A DNA stretch of 64,000 nucleotides from Balanoglossus misakiensis (lineage: Eukaryota > Animalia > Hemichordata), in contig CM082582.2 in assembly GCA_040954595.2 (NCBI GenBank), forward strand, positions 1,844,303 through 1,908,302, given 5' to 3'. Every line of letters begins with the position of its first letter. Position 1 is the stretch's first letter. The notes beneath the pieces are model-generated. The model was given only the letters and a program-made list of their open reading frames with translations. It was not told where the DNA came from and did not search any database. Below, piece by piece: positions 62,001 to 64,000 of the stretch. Both the position numbers and the translations under genes were made by a program.

Positions 62001-64000
62001 TAATTTGTCTGGTCACAATATGTCTATAGACACATCACGTACATGGACATGAATGCAAGAATGGACACAGATCATTTATGAAGTCAATGTGAACAACTTT
62101 ACTTGAAGTCAGTACATTGTAAACAGAATACCACAGTTGTAATAATTTGTCTGATAACAATATGTCTATAGACACATCACGTACATGAACATGAATGCAA
62201 GAATGGACACAGATCATTTATGAAGTCAATGTGAACAACTTTACTTGAAGTCAGTACATTGTAAACAGAATACCACAGTTGTAATAATTTGTCTGATCAC
62301 AATATGTCTATAGACACATCACGTCCATGAACATGAATGCAAGAATTGGACACAGATCATTTATGAAGTCAATGTGAACAACTTTACTTGAAGTCAGTAC
62401 ATTGTAAACAGAATACCACAGTTGTAATAATTTGTCTGGTCACAATATGTCTATAGACACATCACGTCCATGGACATGAATGCAAGAATGGACACAGATT
62501 ATTTATGAAGTCAATGTGAACAACTTTACTTGAATTCAGTACATTGTAAATAGAATACCACAGTTGTAATAATTTGTCTGATCACAATATGTCTGTCGAC
62601 ACATCACGTACATGGACATGAATGCAAGAATGGACACAGATCATTTATGAAGTCAATGTGAACAACTTTACTTGAAGTCAGTACATTCTAAACAGAATAC
62701 CAGAGTTGCAATAATTTGTCTGATCACAATATATCTATAGACACATCACGTACATGGACATGAATGCAAGAATGGACACAGATCATTTATGAAGTCAATG
62801 TGAACAACTTTACTTGAAGTCAGTAAATTGTAAACAGAATACCAGAGTTGTAATAATTTGTCTGGTCACAATATGTCTATAGACACATCACGTACATGGA
62901 CATGAATGCAAGAATGGACACAGATCATTTATGAAGTCAATGTGAACAACTTTACTTGAAGTCAGTACATTGTAAACAGAATACCACAGTTGTAATAATT
63001 TGTCTGATAACAATATGTCTATAGACACATCACGTACATGAACATGAATGCAAGAATGGACACAGATCATTTATGAAGTCAATGTGAACAACTTTACTTG
63101 AAGTCAGTACATTGTAAACAGAATACCACAGTTGTAATAATTTGTCTGATCACAATATGTCTATAGACACATCACGTCCATGAACATGAATGCAAGAATT
63201 GGACACAGATCATTTATGAAGTCAATGTGAACAACTTTACTTGAAGTCAGTACATTGTAAACAGAATACCACAGTTGTAATAATTTGTCTGGTCACAATA
63301 TGTCTATAGACACATCACGTCCATGGACATGAATGCAAGAATGGACACAGATTATTTATGAAGTCAATGTGAACAACTTTACTTGAATTCAGTACATTGT
63401 AAATAGAATACCACAGTTGTAATAATTTGTCTGATCACAATATGTCTATAGACACATCATGTACATGGACATGAATGCAAGAATGGACACAGATCATTTA
63501 TGAAGGCAATGTGAACAACTTTACTTGAAGTCGGTACATTGTAAACTTAATACCACAGTTGTAATAATTTGTCTGGTCACAATATGTCTATGGACACATC
63601 ATGTACATGGACATGAATGCAAGAATGGACACAGATCATTTATGACGTTAATGTGAACAACTTTACTTCAAGTCAGTACATAGTAAAAAGAATACCAGAG
63701 TTGTAATAATTTGTCTGATCTCAATATGTCTATAGACACATCACATCCATGGACATGAATGCAAGAATGGACACATATCATTTATGAAGTCAATGTGAAC
63801 AACTTTACTTGAAGTCAGTAAATTGTAAACAGAATACCAGAGTTGTAATAATTTGTCAGATCACAATATGTCTATAGACACATCATGTAAATTGACATGA
63901 ATGCAAGAATGGACACAGATCATTTATGAAGTCAATATGAACAACTTTATTTGAAGTCAGTACATTGTAAACAGAATACCACAGTTGTAATAATTTGTCT
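56078..64000 (-). repeat. 142-bp satellite array in reverse orientation, distinct variant set
   Basis: Reverse complement of the monomer (GGACACAGATCATTTATGAAGTCAATGTGAAC...). Variant GACGTTAATG recurs at 56541, 60518 and 63644. Confidence 0.99.

Noticed and set aside
3567-63070. Repeated 60-aa ORFs (MICVHSCIHVHVRD...)
   Set aside because: Satellite read-through where a point variant removes the TGA. The 142-bp period is not a multiple of 3 and there is no protein signature.

Overview
Eukaryotic (probably metazoan) heterochromatin-like window dominated by an AT-rich 142-bp tandem satellite with higher-order repeat (HOR) structure, consistent with but not proving a (peri)centromeric location. 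The array runs in + orientation from 1 to 42181 and in reverse orientation from 56078 to 64000. Four elements interrupt it. (1) A structurally intact Ty3/Gypsy LTR retrotransposon (16304-20969; identical 186-bp LTRs, 5-bp TSD). (2) An internally deleted piggyBac element (29292-30789; TTAA TSD). (3) A DIRS1-type tyrosine-recombinase retrotransposon (34226-40954; ITRs, internal complementary region, gag/RT/RNaseH-adenine methylase/YR), itself hit by a 5'-truncated L2/Crack-type LINE and a Kolobok-like MITE. (4) A ~13.9-kb EnSpm/CACTA transposon (42182-56077) with an open transposase ORF, a divergently oriented 5-exon accessory gene, subterminal tandem repeats and several nested mini-elements. 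The most notable observation is that the CACTA element lies exactly at the satellite strand switch, with no TSD and different monomer phases at its two ends, which suggests a transposon-mediated inversion of the array. No host genes, RNA genes or CRISPR arrays are supported. All calls come from reading the sequence; no database searches were run.
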